DNA of 64,000 nucleotides, from positions 1-64,000 of the forward strand of contig JBBIJY010000002.1 of the NCBI GenBank assembly GCA_037445735.1, read 5' to 3'. A program made the position numbers and the translations under genes. This stretch comes from Armatimonadota bacterium (GTDB lineage Bacteria; Armatimonadota; Fimbriimonadia; Fimbriimonadales; GBS-DC). Below the pieces are notes generated by a model. The model did no database searches and was not told the origin of the DNA. It saw only the letters and a program-made list of their open reading frames with translations. Below are positions 27,770 to 38,004 of the stretch, one piece after another; the stretch's first letter is position 1, and each line of letters opens with the position of its first letter.

Positions 27770-28636
27770 TCAGAGATAGGGCTGAATAGCGGTTTTGAGC
27801 GCGGTCTGTTCCGATTCGGTGAGGTTGCACAGGGGCGGGCGCACATGGCTGAAGGGTAGCCCGCGCAGGGTGAGCGCGTATTTGAAGTTGGCGGGTGCGG
27901 GGAAGGCATCGATGGCGTCGGCAGCCTCGTCGATGAGTTGCTGTAAGCCGCTGGCGTCGCGCCCCTCACAGAAGGCGCGATAGGTGGCGACCATGCGTTC
28001 GGGGAACACATTTGCCAGCCCGCTGATGCTGCCTGCACCGCCGCCCTGCAGGTTGCTCAAGAGCAGCTTCTCCTCGCCGACCCACACCTTCAGGCGCGGC
28101 GCAAAGCGCAGATACGCCCCCAGCGATTCGGCGTCGCCCGAGCTATCCTTGACGCCCAGCAGGTTCGGAAAGTTCAGCAGGGCTTCCACCAGCTCGATGG
28201 GGATGGGCGTGCGCGTGAGTTGTGGAATGTTGTAGAGAATCACGGGCAGCCCGGTTGTCTCCAGCAGGGCGCGATAGTAGGCAATCAGCCCCTGCAAGGG
28301 GGCGCGGTAGTAGAAGGGTGGGGCGACCATCAGCGCGTCGCAGCTGGCGCGTGCCGCCGCGCGTGCCAGATAGAGCGCCTCTAACAGGCTACAGCTCAGG
28401 ATGCCCGCGATAATGCGCAGTTGCCCGCGCGTGCGCGACGCCAGCTCGTACAGCGCGACCTTTTCGGGCGCGCTGAGGGAGGGTCCCTCGCCCGTCGTGC
28501 CGCCAATCACCGCGCCCTGCACGCCCGCTGCCTCCTGAAACGCCAGCAGGCGAATTAGCAACGGCTCATCGATCGCGCCATCGCTGGTGAAGGGGGTGAG
28601 CAGCGCCGTATAGATGCCGCTGGATAATGGTTCCAT
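27770..28636 (-). CDS. Dihydrodipicolinate synthase family aldolase
   Basis: TALLTPF, GTTGE, LYNIP, GVKDSSG (Schiff-base Lys). Confidence 0.88.
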   Translation of the reverse strand: MEPLSSGIYTALLTPFTSDGAIDEPLLIRLLAFQEAAGVQGAVIGGTTGEGPSLSAPEKVALYELASRTRGQLRIIAGILSCSLLEALYLARAAARASCDALMVAPPFYYRAPLQGLIAYYRALLETTGLPVILYNIPQLTRTPIPIELVEALLNFPNLLGVKDSSGDAESLGAYLRFAPRLKVWVGEEKLLLSNLQGGGAGSISGLANVFPERMVATYRAFCEGRDASGLQQLIDEAADAIDAFPAPANFKYALTLRGLPFSHVRPPLCNLTESEQTALKTAIQPYL

Positions 28637-28642
28637 CGCTTT

Positions 28643-29149
28643 TCAGGGGAATGGGAACCAGGGGCGTGCTCTCAGGAAGGCGAACAGCCCCTCCCAGTAG
28701 CGTAATTGGGCTTGCCTTTCCTTCAGCTCGGCTTCCATCTTCAGCAGCTCCAGCTGGGCTCGGGTTTCGGGCGGGATTTCCATTGCACGGGCTTCCTGCG
28801 CGAGTTGATCCATCTTGACCAGCTCGCCGTGATCGACCCATACGCCCCCACACTGGTCGCAGCCGTCCAGCGCGATGTTGCTGGTGTAGAGGTAGTTATA
28901 GCGATACATAGGCACGCGGCACACAGGGCAGGGGCGATCGCCCGCGCCCTCATAGCGCTCGACAGTCGGTTGATAGAGATGCTCAATTCGGGGTAGCACG
29001 CCGGGGTCCAGCTCACGCAGGCGCGGCAGTTCATCGGCATCGAACCAGATGCCCGCGCAGGTCGGGCACACATCGATGGTGATGCCCAGATGGGTCTGCG
29101 GCACAAGGTTCACCTGACATACGGGACATAATCGCTCTCGGCTCTCCAT
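28643..29149 (-). CDS. Double zf-TFIIB zinc-ribbon protein
   Basis: CPVC..IDVCPTCAGIWFD and CPVC..LDGCDQCGGVWVDHGEL. Confidence 0.85.
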   Translation of the reverse strand: MESRERLCPVCQVNLVPQTHLGITIDVCPTCAGIWFDADELPRLRELDPGVLPRIEHLYQPTVERYEGAGDRPCPVCRVPMYRYNYLYTSNIALDGCDQCGGVWVDHGELVKMDQLAQEARAMEIPPETRAQLELLKMEAELKERQAQLRYWEGLFAFLRARPWFPFP

Positions 29150-29152
29150 ACC

Positions 29153-29887
29153 TCACTCCTTCAGTTGTTGACCTGCACGGATGCGTCGCCCCTGCAGGCT
29201 TATCTGGCTGCTTGCCTGCACCGTGCCCGAGGTCATCACTATTGTACCCTGTTCTTTGCGTGTCCAGCCCGTGCGACAGTCCAGATAGCAGGTGAGGTAT
29301 CCCTGCACTCTGGGCAGCGAGTCGGGCGGCGATTCAAGCGTTGCTGTGATTTCGTAGCATGGTACGCGGTTGATAGGCACGATGGCTTTCAGCTGGCAGC
29401 GGGCGCGAATTTTGAGGCTTCCGAGCTGGCTCTCGCGCTCCCACTGCTCGCCGATTCGCACCGCTTTCGGCGGCATCAGGCGTGCGCTGGAGGAGCCGAG
29501 CGTCAGGACAGCAGCATTATTGATGAGCGGTGTCTCCTCACCTTGCGGGCTGATACGCCAGCGGGTACGGACAGGGATTGTGCCCAGTGGCGCCGCGCTC
29601 TCCCGCAACGCCCTGAGGGTCTGTGGGTCCGCTATCAGCACGCGCTCCACAATCGCGCTGCCATCAGGGTTCACCTTCTGAACCGTCTCGGTGTAGCGCA
29701 GGTTCAGCGTTGCGGTCTGATTGCCCAGCTGCAGCGATTGAACCAGATGGTACTGCCACTGCTCGCCAGCATGCAGCTGACGGGTGATGGTATAAGCAGG
29801 GAACCGCCACTGATACGCCAGCCAGCCGCCCGCGCCCAGCAACGCGCCCGTCAATAAAACCACACCCAACCCGCGCCACCGATGCAT
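29153..29887 (-). CDS. Hypothetical membrane-anchored/exported protein
   Basis: N-terminal hydrophobic helix; first gene of the minus-strand run, with GGGTACAAT just upstream. Confidence 0.65.
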   Translation of the reverse strand: MHRWRGLGVVLLTGALLGAGGWLAYQWRFPAYTITRQLHAGEQWQYHLVQSLQLGNQTATLNLRYTETVQKVNPDGSAIVERVLIADPQTLRALRESAAPLGTIPVRTRWRISPQGEETPLINNAAVLTLGSSSARLMPPKAVRIGEQWERESQLGSLKIRARCQLKAIVPINRVPCYEITATLESPPDSLPRVQGYLTCYLDCRTGWTRKEQGTIVMTSGTVQASSQISLQGRRIRAGQQLKE

Positions 29888-30008
29888 CGAAGGGAATTGT
29901 ACCCCTTAGAACTCGCAAAGGAGGTTGCCGAATCATGCAGATGAAGCCCGGCATAGGGTATAATCCGTTACAACAGTGCTGGCAAGCATGCGCGGAGGTG
30001 ATTGAGCA

Positions 30009-30218
30009 ATGGCTAAGACTGAGCAAAAGCCGACTGAGATGGAGCGGGAATTTATCGAGGTGCGCGAATCGATTGAGCATGCGCACCCTGAGCTGGTAGA
30101 AAGTTATACAGATTTCGTATGCCGATACAAAGAGTTTCTTAAAAGCTATCGGCGGTTTCTCGGATTACCAGAGCCACAGCAAGGAGAGGTTAAAGCAGAA
30201 AACCGATGGAATCCATGA
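30009..30218 (+). CDS. Small hypothetical protein (69 aa) coupled to the SDH protease
   Basis: GGAGGTG RBS, GGGTATAAT promoter at 29956-29964, ATGA overlap with the next gene. Confidence 0.65.
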   Translation: MAKTEQKPTEMEREFIEVRESIEHAHPELVESYTDFVCRYKEFLKSYRRFLGLPEPQQGEVKAENRWNP

Positions 30219-31087
30219 GCTTTCCCCAGCAGACTCCGCTGTATTATGCCCTGCACGCAGAGCGCTATCAGCGCAGAGAGCTGATCAAAAGTGTGCAGGC
30301 ATTCACTGAGCGGAAATTAATGGTTTACTTCACAAATGTGCTGCATTCGAACGCAGCTATTAACCAGCAGGATGTGGCGCCGTTTCAAGAAATGATTTAT
30401 GATTGCATAAATCAAGGTGCCAGGAATGTAGATTTGCTTATTCAAAGCAGTGGTGGTGACATCGACGCTGCTGAAAAGATTGTCAGCCTGATCCGAGGTC
30501 AGGTGGAATCGCTGCGTGTTATCATTTCCGAGCGCGCAAAAAGCGCAGCTACGCTGATCGCCCTTGCTGCCGATGAGATTTTAATGAGCGACACCTCAGA
30601 ACTTGGTCCTATCGATCCGCAAGTGGTTGTTCAAACCGCCACTGGTCAGCCTGTTATGCGACCAGCACAATCGTTTCTCGACGGGCTAAAACGCATTCTG
30701 CAGGAAACCCACCAGGCAGGAGTTTTAAATCCGGCGTATTACCCTATCCTGTCCCACCTCGACCCTGCCCTCATCGACTTTTGCGAAAAGGCTATTGCAC
30801 GCTCCAAACAGTTCGCGCAGCGCTGGTTGGAGCAGCATATGTGCGCAGGTGATTCACAAAAAGCAGACAGCATTGCCCGTCAGCTCTGTGATGTGGAACG
30901 ATACGCCTCTCACGGCGCTGTTATTAACTATCAGGAAGCCCAATCCATGGGTTTGCGAGTCAATTATGTACCTGCGAATCAGCCCTTATGGGAAGCGATA
31001 TGGCGGTTACATGTTGCTTATGAGATTTTTATTTATAAAAATCAAATATCAAAAATATATGAAACGGATCATGTATCAATTATTTAG
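30215..31087 (+). CDS. SDH family ClpP-fold serine proteinase (DUF114-like)
   Basis: [38 protein letters not shown] (Ser-Asp-His); alternative start 30206. Confidence 0.85.
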   Translation: MSFPQQTPLYYALHAERYQRRELIKSVQAFTERKLMVYFTNVLHSNAAINQQDVAPFQEMIYDCINQGARNVDLLIQSSGGDIDAAEKIVSLIRGQVESLRVIISERAKSAATLIALAADEILMSDTSELGPIDPQVVVQTATGQPVMRPAQSFLDGLKRILQETHQAGVLNPAYYPILSHLDPALIDFCEKAIARSKQFAQRWLEQHMCAGDSQKADSIARQLCDVERYASHGAVINYQEAQSMGLRVNYVPANQPLWEAIWRLHVAYEIFIYKNQISKIYETDHVSII

Positions 31088-31105
31088 ACATCAGGAGGCG
31101 GATAG

Positions 31106-31993
31106 ATGGCGATTCTGGTGGATGCGAACTCGAAGGTGCTGGTGCAGGGTATCACGGGGCGCGAGGGTGAGTTCCACACGCGCCAGATGCTGGAGTACGG
31201 CACACAGGTGGTGGCGGGCGTCACGCCCGGCAAGGGCGGCACCGAGGTACTGGGCGTGCCCGTGTATAACACGGTGAAGCAGGCGGTTCAGGAAACGGGC
31301 GCGAATGTCTCCTGCATCTTCGTGCCTGCGCCCTTCGCACCCGACGCGATTCTGGAAGCCGCCGACGCCGGCATCGAACTCATCGTGTGCATCACCGAAG
31401 GAATCCCCGTTCAGGACATGATTCGGGTGGTCAACTACCTGAAGCGGTGCACGCGCAGCCGCCTGATTGGTCCCAACTGCCCGGGCATCACCACCGCGGG
31501 CGAGTGCAAGGTCGGCATCATGCCGGGCAACCTGTTCCGCAAGGGGAGCATCGGGCTGGTCTCGCGCAGTGGCACGCTGACCTACGAGATTGTGAACGAG
31601 CTGACCCGCGCGGGCTTCGGGCAGTCCACCTGCATCGGTATCGGGGGCGACCCCATCATCGGCACTACCTTTATCGATGTGCTGCCGCTGTTTGAGGCGG
31701 ATCCGCAGACGGAGGCGGTGGTGCTGGTGGGCGAGATCGGCGGCTCCGACGAGGAGATAGCCGCCGAATATATTCGGGCGCAGATGACCAAGCCGGTGGT
31801 GGGCTTCATATCGGGGCGCACCGCGCCGCCGGGCAAGCGCATGGGGCACGCAGGCGCGATTATCTCTGGCGGCAAGGGCAGTGCGCAGTCGAAAGTGCAG
31901 GCGCTCACCGAAGCAGGCGTGCCCATCGCCGACACCCCTGCCGACATCCCGCAGCTGCTGCGCGAGCGGCTTGGACGCGCCGCCTCCGTGTAG
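31106..31993 (+). CDS. sucD: Succinate--CoA ligase alpha subunit
   Basis: [44 protein letters not shown]. Confidence 0.97.
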   Translation: MAILVDANSKVLVQGITGREGEFHTRQMLEYGTQVVAGVTPGKGGTEVLGVPVYNTVKQAVQETGANVSCIFVPAPFAPDAILEAADAGIELIVCITEGIPVQDMIRVVNYLKRCTRSRLIGPNCPGITTAGECKVGIMPGNLFRKGSIGLVSRSGTLTYEIVNELTRAGFGQSTCIGIGGDPIIGTTFIDVLPLFEADPQTEAVVLVGEIGGSDEEIAAEYIRAQMTKPVVGFISGRTAPPGKRMGHAGAIISGGKGSAQSKVQALTEAGVPIADTPADIPQLLRERLGRAASV

Positions 31994-32038
31994 GAACAGG
32001 TGAGGGCAACGGGCGCGAGTCGGTATCATGAATACTGA

Positions 32039-32743
32039 ATGGGGAACCATCCGACGCGCAAAGAGGCTCTCATCACGGTGATCGTGCCCGTCTATAACGA
32101 GCGGGAGACGATCCAGGAGCTGTTGCAGCGGTTGCGCAACGCACCCTTCCGCAAGCAGATTATCGTGGTGGACGACTGCTCCAGCGACGGCACCAGCGAG
32201 ATACTGGCGCAGGAGCCTGATATTGTGCATCTGCGCCTGCCGCAGAATGTGGGCAAGGGCGCCGCCATCCGCGCCGCGTTGCCCCACGCCGAAGGCGAGG
32301 TCACCATCATTCAGGACGCCGATCTGGAGTATGATCCCGACGAAATCCCGAAGGTGGTGGAACCAATCCTTCAGGGCGAGACTGAAATCGCCTACGGCTG
32401 TCGGTTCACACGCGGCTTGCCGAAGGGGATGCCGCTGCCCAACAAAATTGCGAACCTGATTCTGGCGTGGGCGGTGCGCCTGCTCTACCGCTACCCCCTG
32501 CGCGACGAAGCCACCTGCTACAAAGCCTTCCGCACCGAGCTGTTGCGCTCGCTGAATCTTCGGTGTCAGCGGTTCGAGTTCTGCCCTGAGGTGACGGCGA
32601 AGTCGCTCAAGCGCGGCTATAAGATTGTGGAGGTGCCCATCGAGCGGTATCGCCCCCGCACGCGCCAGCAGGGCAAGAAAATCCGCTGGACGGACGGCGT
32701 CGAGGCGCTCTGGACGCTCATCAAATATCGCTTTCGCGATTAG
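32039..32743 (+). CDS. Glycosyltransferase family 2 (DPM synthase-like)
   Basis: VPVYNE, VVDDCSSDG, QDADLEYDP, TCYKAFR. Confidence 0.9.
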   Translation: MGNHPTRKEALITVIVPVYNERETIQELLQRLRNAPFRKQIIVVDDCSSDGTSEILAQEPDIVHLRLPQNVGKGAAIRAALPHAEGEVTIIQDADLEYDPDEIPKVVEPILQGETEIAYGCRFTRGLPKGMPLPNKIANLILAWAVRLLYRYPLRDEATCYKAFRTELLRSLNLRCQRFEFCPEVTAKSLKRGYKIVEVPIERYRPRTRQQGKKIRWTDGVEALWTLIKYRFRD

Positions 32744-33917
32744 ACGCAAGGTGTTCCAGCACGCCTCTGACCACCGCTTTCGCCCGCTCCAGATTGGCAG
32801 GGTTCACATTCGCCAGCACATCGGTCGTCCAGTGCCAGTTGGGAGGGATGCCGGGCGTCTGCTCGCACCAGAGCGCGATTGCGCGATAGCCCTTCATCAG
32901 GAAGGGGAGCGCATCGGTGTACGCGCCGGGCGGCACCGCGCTGGGCTTGAGCGACCATTCGGGGTGCTGGCGTGCTAACTGCGCCATCAGGCGTGCGAGT
33001 TCGGGGTGCGCACGCTGGCGCGGGAGCATCGCTTCCGTTAGCAGGTAGCGTGGCTCCCCCAGCCCCACATGGTCCACAATCACAAAGGTGGCGTCGCGCA
33101 GTTGCAGTCCATATTCGCGTTCGAACGCGAACGCGCCTGCGGGCGTGCCCACCTCCTCGCACCCCGTGAACACGCCCCACACCTCCACATCCGCCAGCGG
33201 CTGTTGAGCCAGCTCCTTCAGCAGGCTCAACACGACCGCTACACCGGAGCCATTATCGTTCGCGCCCTGCACCCACGGCATCACCAGCTCGCGATGCAGT
33301 AGCACGACGATGCCCCACAGCGCGAGCAAGCTGCCTGGCGCCATCAGCCAGCGGGATAGCGCGATGCCTCGCTCGTTGCCCGTTAGCCCCCACACGAGGC
33401 AGAGCGCGCCAAGCCCGTGCAGCGTTAGCAGCAGGGTCTGAATCACGAAGCTCGTCCCGAAGTTGCGCACCAGTCTGGGATGCCACAGAAGCGTCGCGCG
33501 TTGTGTGTCGATGTGCGCCATCAGCACGACGGTGTGGGTTGCCTTCTGCCGGGCAGGCACAATCGCAATCAGGTTCGCGCTTTCGCGCTGGGGGAACAGG
33601 CGCATCACATCCCATTTGCCGCTGACCAGCCCCCAGTAGAGGGCGCAGGCGGTCAGACTCATCAGCGCGGCAAGCGCGTAAAGCCACCTGTTCTGCACAA
33701 GCCACACCATTCCGCCAGTTAGCGCAAACAGCAGGGAGACCGTGAGCCATGGCAGGGCAAGCGTCGGCACGCTCCGAAACGGCTGTTCAATCGTTTTGAC
33801 GCCCTGCGCCTGCAGATGGCGGGCGAGATACGCGCGTGCCTGATGCTCGCGCTCGGAGGTGGCAGGACGCGCCCCGATTGTCTCCACCAGCGCCTCAAGA
33901 TGGCGATAGGCTTCCAT
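32721..33917 (-). CDS. M28 family membrane metallopeptidase
   Basis: MAHIDT, GANDNGSG, TGCEE, WHWTTD; internal TM segments. Confidence 0.85.
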   Translation of the reverse strand: MEAYRHLEALVETIGARPATSEREHQARAYLARHLQAQGVKTIEQPFRSVPTLALPWLTVSLLFALTGGMVWLVQNRWLYALAALMSLTACALYWGLVSGKWDVMRLFPQRESANLIAIVPARQKATHTVVLMAHIDTQRATLLWHPRLVRNFGTSFVIQTLLLTLHGLGALCLVWGLTGNERGIALSRWLMAPGSLLALWGIVVLLHRELVMPWVQGANDNGSGVAVVLSLLKELAQQPLADVEVWGVFTGCEEVGTPAGAFAFEREYGLQLRDATFVIVDHVGLGEPRYLLTEAMLPRQRAHPELARLMAQLARQHPEWSLKPSAVPPGAYTDALPFLMKGYRAIALWCEQTPGIPPNWHWTTDVLANVNPANLERAKAVVRGVLEHLASNRESDI

Positions 33918-35820
33918 CGGTCAGCTGTCGCACGGTGCGGGCGATCGCTGCTGCGTCGATACCGCAGGCAGCGAGCAGCTCTTCTGGCTTGCCCGAACGG
34001 GGCAACTCACGCACGGCTAACGCATGCACGCGAACGCCAGTCCCCTGTAATGCCATCGCCACCGCCTCGCCAATCCCGCCCTGCGGGTAGTGATCCTCAA
34101 CCGTGATGATTAACCCGTTCGTCTCCTGTCCACAGCGAACGAGGGTGTCGGCATCGAGGGGCTTGACCGAGTAGAGATCGATCACGCGGATGGGGATGCC
34201 CTCCACCTGCAACTGCTCATACGCTTTGAGCGCCTCGTGCAGAGTGATGCCCGCCGCGACCACTGTCGCCACATCGCGCGGGCTGGAGCGCAGAATCTTG
34301 CAGCCGCCAATCGGGAACTCCTCATCGTGGCTGTAGATGACGGGCGTTTTGGGGCGCGTGGTGCGCAGGTAGGCGATACCCCAATAGCAAGCCATTTCGC
34401 GCACCAGCTTCACCGTCGCGACCGCATCGGCAGGGTACAGCACCACCGAGTCGGGGATGGTGCGCATCATTGCGATGTCTTCCAGTCCCATTTGCGAGGG
34501 TCCATCCTCGCCGATGGAGACACCCGCGTGCGAGCCGCACAGCTTGATATTCGCCCGCCCGATGCCCGCCATGCGAATGAAGTCAAACGCGCGGGTGAGG
34601 AAGCAGGCGAAGGAGGAAGTGAATGGGATTTTGCCCGTTTCGGCAAGCCCCACCGCCGCGCCCACCATATTCTGCTCGGCGATAAAGCACTCCACAAACC
34701 GCTCCGGGAAAGCCTGCGCGAACTTTTCAGCGAAGGTGGAATTCTTCACATCGCCGTCCAGCGCGTAGATGAACGGGCTTGATCTGCCCAGAGCGACGAG
34801 CGCATCGCCATACGCCTCGCGTGTGGCGACCATCTGCCCCAGCGTGTAGGTGGGAAGGACGGCTGCTGTTTCCTCACGGAGTGGTGAGTCCCTCTCCCCC
34901 TCTGGGGGCGAGGGTATGGGTGAGGGAGTTGCAGGCTGAGATTCAATCTGCGGAGGCAAGGGGCGCAGGGCGGCAGCGCGGGCAATCTGGTCGGGCGTGG
35001 GCGTCAGCGCGGCAATCGCCTGCTCCGCTAAATCGGCGGGCAGCGGCTTGCCATGCCAGCCGTCACGGTTTTCTACTGCCGGCACACCTTTGCCCTTCAG
35101 CGTGCGTGCCAGGATCACCGCGGGGCGATCCGACTGCCGTGCCTGCTCAAAAGCGTTCAAAATCTGCTCATAATCGTGCCCGTCGATGGGCAGCGTTGTC
35201 CAGCCGAATGCTTCGAATCGTCGGGCGTAGGTCGCCAGATCGTGCTGGAGCATTGTGGGCTGGCTCTGACCGAGCCGATTGATGTCCACCATCGCGACGA
35301 GGTTATTCAGGTTATAGTAGCTGGCGAAGGCGGCGGCTTCCCACACGGCGCCCTCTGCGGTTTCACCGTCGCCCATCAGGCAGTAGACCCGTGCGGGGTT
35401 GTTGTCCCGCTTGAGCGCGAGCGCGATGCCCGCCGCAATCGACAGCCCCTGCCCCAGCGAGCCAGTCGCGACGGGATGCCACACAAAGCGCGGCGTCGGA
35501 TGACCCTCCAGCTCGCTATCGAACTGGCGCAGGGTGTCCAGATGCTCCACCGGGAACGCGCCCGCCTCCGCCCATGCCGCATACAGCAGCGGCGCCGCGT
35601 GTCCCTTCGAGAAAATCACCCGGTCGTTGAGCGGGTTGCGCGGGTGGGTGAGGTCCACACGCAACACCCGAAAGAACAGCACCGCCACCAGGTCCGCCGC
35701 CGAGAGACAGGTGGTGGGATGTCCCGATCCTGCCTTTGTGGTCATCCGAATCGAATGCACGCGCAAAAGGTTCGCCTTCGTCTGCAGCGCCTCCCTGATC
35801 TCCGCTGTCATCGCCGTCAT
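33895..35820 (-). CDS. tkt: Transketolase
   Basis: GSGHPT, SKGHAAP, LEGHP, GSLGQG, GDGE..EG..WEA, IAEQNM, GEDGPSQ; start 35820 or 35811. Confidence 0.93.
   Translation of the reverse strand: MTAMTAEIREALQTKANLLRVHSIRMTTKAGSGHPTTCLSAADLVAVLFFRVLRVDLTHPRNPLNDRVIFSKGHAAPLLYAAWAEAGAFPVEHLDTLRQFDSELEGHPTPRFVWHPVATGSLGQGLSIAAGIALALKRDNNPARVYCLMGDGETAEGAVWEAAAFASYYNLNNLVAMVDINRLGQSQPTMLQHDLATYARRFEAFGWTTLPIDGHDYEQILNAFEQARQSDRPAVILARTLKGKGVPAVENRDGWHGKPLPADLAEQAIAALTPTPDQIARAAALRPLPPQIESQPATPSPIPSPPEGERDSPLREETAAVLPTYTLGQMVATREAYGDALVALGRSSPFIYALDGDVKNSTFAEKFAQAFPERFVECFIAEQNMVGAAVGLAETGKIPFTSSFACFLTRAFDFIRMAGIGRANIKLCGSHAGVSIGEDGPSQMGLEDIAMMRTIPDSVVLYPADAVATVKLVREMACYWGIAYLRTTRPKTPVIYSHDEEFPIGGCKILRSSPRDVATVVAAGITLHEALKAYEQLQVEGIPIRVIDLYSVKPLDADTLVRCGQETNGLIITVEDHYPQGGIGEAVAMALQGTGVRVHALAVRELPRSGKPEELLAACGIDAAAIARTVRQLTDGSLSPS
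34889..34927 (-). repeat. Single palindromic element unit in frame in the transketolase interdomain linker
   Basis: Encodes PSPIPSPPEGERD; same motif as 9882-10041 and 63329-63418. Confidence 0.75.
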
Positions 35821-35854
35821 TCCTGATGGCTGGAGTATACCCGCAGGCGTCGTT

Positions 35855-35882
35855 GCAGGGGCGCACAGCCGTGCGCCCCTGC
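35855..35882. repeat. REP-like hairpin GCAGGGGCGCACAGCCGTGCGCCCCTGC
   Basis: 12-bp perfect stem; resembles the 19453 GTAG unit. Confidence 0.6.
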
Positions 35883-35900
35883 CCATCCATGCGCCCTCAC

Positions 35901-37271
35901 TCACTCCAGATTCGCCAGCTCTTCGAAGATGCGGGCATAAATGCGCACCAGCGTCTTGAGGCTCTCGATGGCGATGCGTTCGTCGGGTTCGTGTGCGTTG
36001 CCATCGCCTTCGAAGCCTGCGCCGATTGCCACCAGGTTCGGCATCACGCGCGCGTAGGTGCCACCACCCATCGTGGCGGGCTGGCTCTCCAGATCGCCCG
36101 TCTCCTCACGATAGACGCGCAACAGCACCTGCAGGAAGGGCGTGTCCAGCGGCACATAGAGTGGCGGCGTGTGGCGCACCTCCGTCAGCTGAAAGCCTGT
36201 GCGCCCCAGTGTCGGCAGCAGTCGCTCCTTCAGCGCGTCGATGCTCCATGTGACGGGATAGCGGATATTGAACACGCAGAGCACGCGGGCGCCATCATAC
36301 TCAAACACGCCCAGGTTGCTGGTGAGCGCGCCCGACACTTCGTCGCTGTGGTCGATGCCGAGCGCGGCGCCATCCAGCGAGCGTGCCCATTCCAGCACAG
36401 TGTCCAGCCACAACTCGTTATCGGGCAGGTTCAGCGGCTGGAGCGCCTCCAGCAGGCGGGCGACGGCGTTAATGCCCGCTTCGGGACGACTTCCGTGCGC
36501 TGCCTTGCCGCGCGCAATCAGCTTCCAGCCGCTGGCATCGGGCTGCCATTCCGCGCCTTCGGGCAGAGGATATGCAGGCTGCAGAGCGCAGTTGACCACC
36601 GCTTCGGCGTAGTCGGGCACCATATTGTGTCGTTCGCCGCCGCGCGCCCACAGAATGCGTGTAAGGGAGGGCGCTGACTCCACCTGCTTCTCCAGAAAGA
36701 GGTTGGCGATTCCCTTCTCGCCGTAGATAAAGGGCCAGCCGGCGTCGGGGCTGACCCCCCACACGGGTCGCTCCGACTCGTGCGCCAGATAGTACTGCAT
36801 GCACTCCCAGCGGCTCTCTTCATCGCAGCCGATGATCAGGCGCACGCGCCGTTTCAGGGGCACATTCAGCTCGTTGAGCGCACGGAGGGCATAGATGCTG
36901 GCAAGCGTGGCGCCCTTGTCGTCGGTGGCGCCCCGCGCGTAGATGTAGCCGTCTTCGATGACCGCGCCGAACGGCGGTTTCGTCCAGCCCTTGCCAGCGG
37001 GCACCACATCGATATGGCTGAGCGAGGCAATCATTTCGCTGCCCGCGCCGATCTCCAGGTCGCACGCATAGCCGTCGAAGTCGCGCGGGCGCAGCCCAAA
37101 CTGTTGCCCCATCTCCAGCACAATATCGAGCGCGTCGCGCACGCCTCTGCCAAAGGGTGCGTTCGGTGCTGGCTCCGCGCGCACGCTCTCTGCCCGCAAC
37201 AACCGCTGAAAATCGGCAATCATCGGCTCTGTGTGAGCCTCAATCCAGTCCATCAATCGCTCGCGATCCAT
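35901..37271 (-). CDS. pepV: M20 family dipeptidase (PepV-like)
   Basis: SHIDVVPAG, ARGATDDKG, GCDEES, AAHGS, GGGTYAR, AHEPDE; start trimmed to MDRERL. Confidence 0.85.
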   Translation of the reverse strand: MDRERLMDWIEAHTEPMIADFQRLLRAESVRAEPAPNAPFGRGVRDALDIVLEMGQQFGLRPRDFDGYACDLEIGAGSEMIASLSHIDVVPAGKGWTKPPFGAVIEDGYIYARGATDDKGATLASIYALRALNELNVPLKRRVRLIIGCDEESRWECMQYYLAHESERPVWGVSPDAGWPFIYGEKGIANLFLEKQVESAPSLTRILWARGGERHNMVPDYAEAVVNCALQPAYPLPEGAEWQPDASGWKLIARGKAAHGSRPEAGINAVARLLEALQPLNLPDNELWLDTVLEWARSLDGAALGIDHSDEVSGALTSNLGVFEYDGARVLCVFNIRYPVTWSIDALKERLLPTLGRTGFQLTEVRHTPPLYVPLDTPFLQVLLRVYREETGDLESQPATMGGGTYARVMPNLVAIGAGFEGDGNAHEPDERIAIESLKTLVRIYARIFEELANLE

Positions 37272-37348
37272 CAGGCTGAATCGATTCGGCGCACAGCAGC
37301 TGCTTTCCTGTCCGATGCGCTGATAAGGGCGCGGTGACCACGCCCTTA

Positions 37349-37933
37349 CTAACCCAGCAGAGCGTGCCAGTAGCCATGCAAGCGGCAGAGCCACTCGCGG
37401 CAGCGCTGGTGCAGCTCCGCTTGCAGACGCGCAGGGTCTTCCGGCGAACGCTCGCCCACAAGCGACATCTGCTCAGCCATTGCATAAAGCAGGGTACGCA
37501 GTTCAGGCGCGACCATCGCCAGCTCTTTGCAGAGAGGGTGCAGCACACGCTCCAGCCCAAGTGCGCTCTGCTGTCCTTCCAGAAAGCGCATGAGCTGCTG
37601 ATGGAGTTCCATAACGAACTGCAGTCGCTGAAGCAGCTTTTTGGAAGGCTTATCGGGTTCAGCAAGGTAGCAGCGCAGGCGTAGAACGCGCTCACGAAAC
37701 TGCTCTTCATCCAGATTAGCGCTCTCTTCACCAAGACCTGCCCACTCCAGAAAGGGCTTTAGCTGCGAATCGCGCATCTGGACAATCGCCTCTTCAACCT
37801 TCGACCGATCGACCATCCATCCCGGCAGGAGCAAATAAGCATCGAGAAGCGCTTCAAGCTCCCGTCCCCTGTCGACGCAATACGGACACCGGTGATCCCA
37901 CCAGAACATCAAAGGTGCTTCGATCACCACCAC
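37349..37933 (-). CDS. Hypothetical helical protein with N-terminal CPYC
   Basis: Open frame with GGGTAAAAT immediately upstream; exact start uncertain (37927 or 37909 possible). Confidence 0.55.
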   Translation of the reverse strand: MVVIEAPLMFWWDHRCPYCVDRGRELEALLDAYLLLPGWMVDRSKVEEAIVQMRDSQLKPFLEWAGLGEESANLDEEQFRERVLRLRCYLAEPDKPSKKLLQRLQFVMELHQQLMRFLEGQQSALGLERVLHPLCKELAMVAPELRTLLYAMAEQMSLVGERSPEDPARLQAELHQRCREWLCRLHGYWHALLG

Positions 37934-38004
37934 TATTTTACCCCACCCGGAACACCGTCCATTGAAGGCAGGAATAACTATTGTCAGGTACGAAACAGCC
38001 TTCC

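Noticed and set aside
26728..28038. Long N-terminal extensions in track ORFs (28038, 1317, 16261, 22762, 35904, 37394, 42783, 52187, 57958, 60999)
   Set aside because: They overlap neighbouring genes or promoters; homology motifs and RBSs point to downstream starts.
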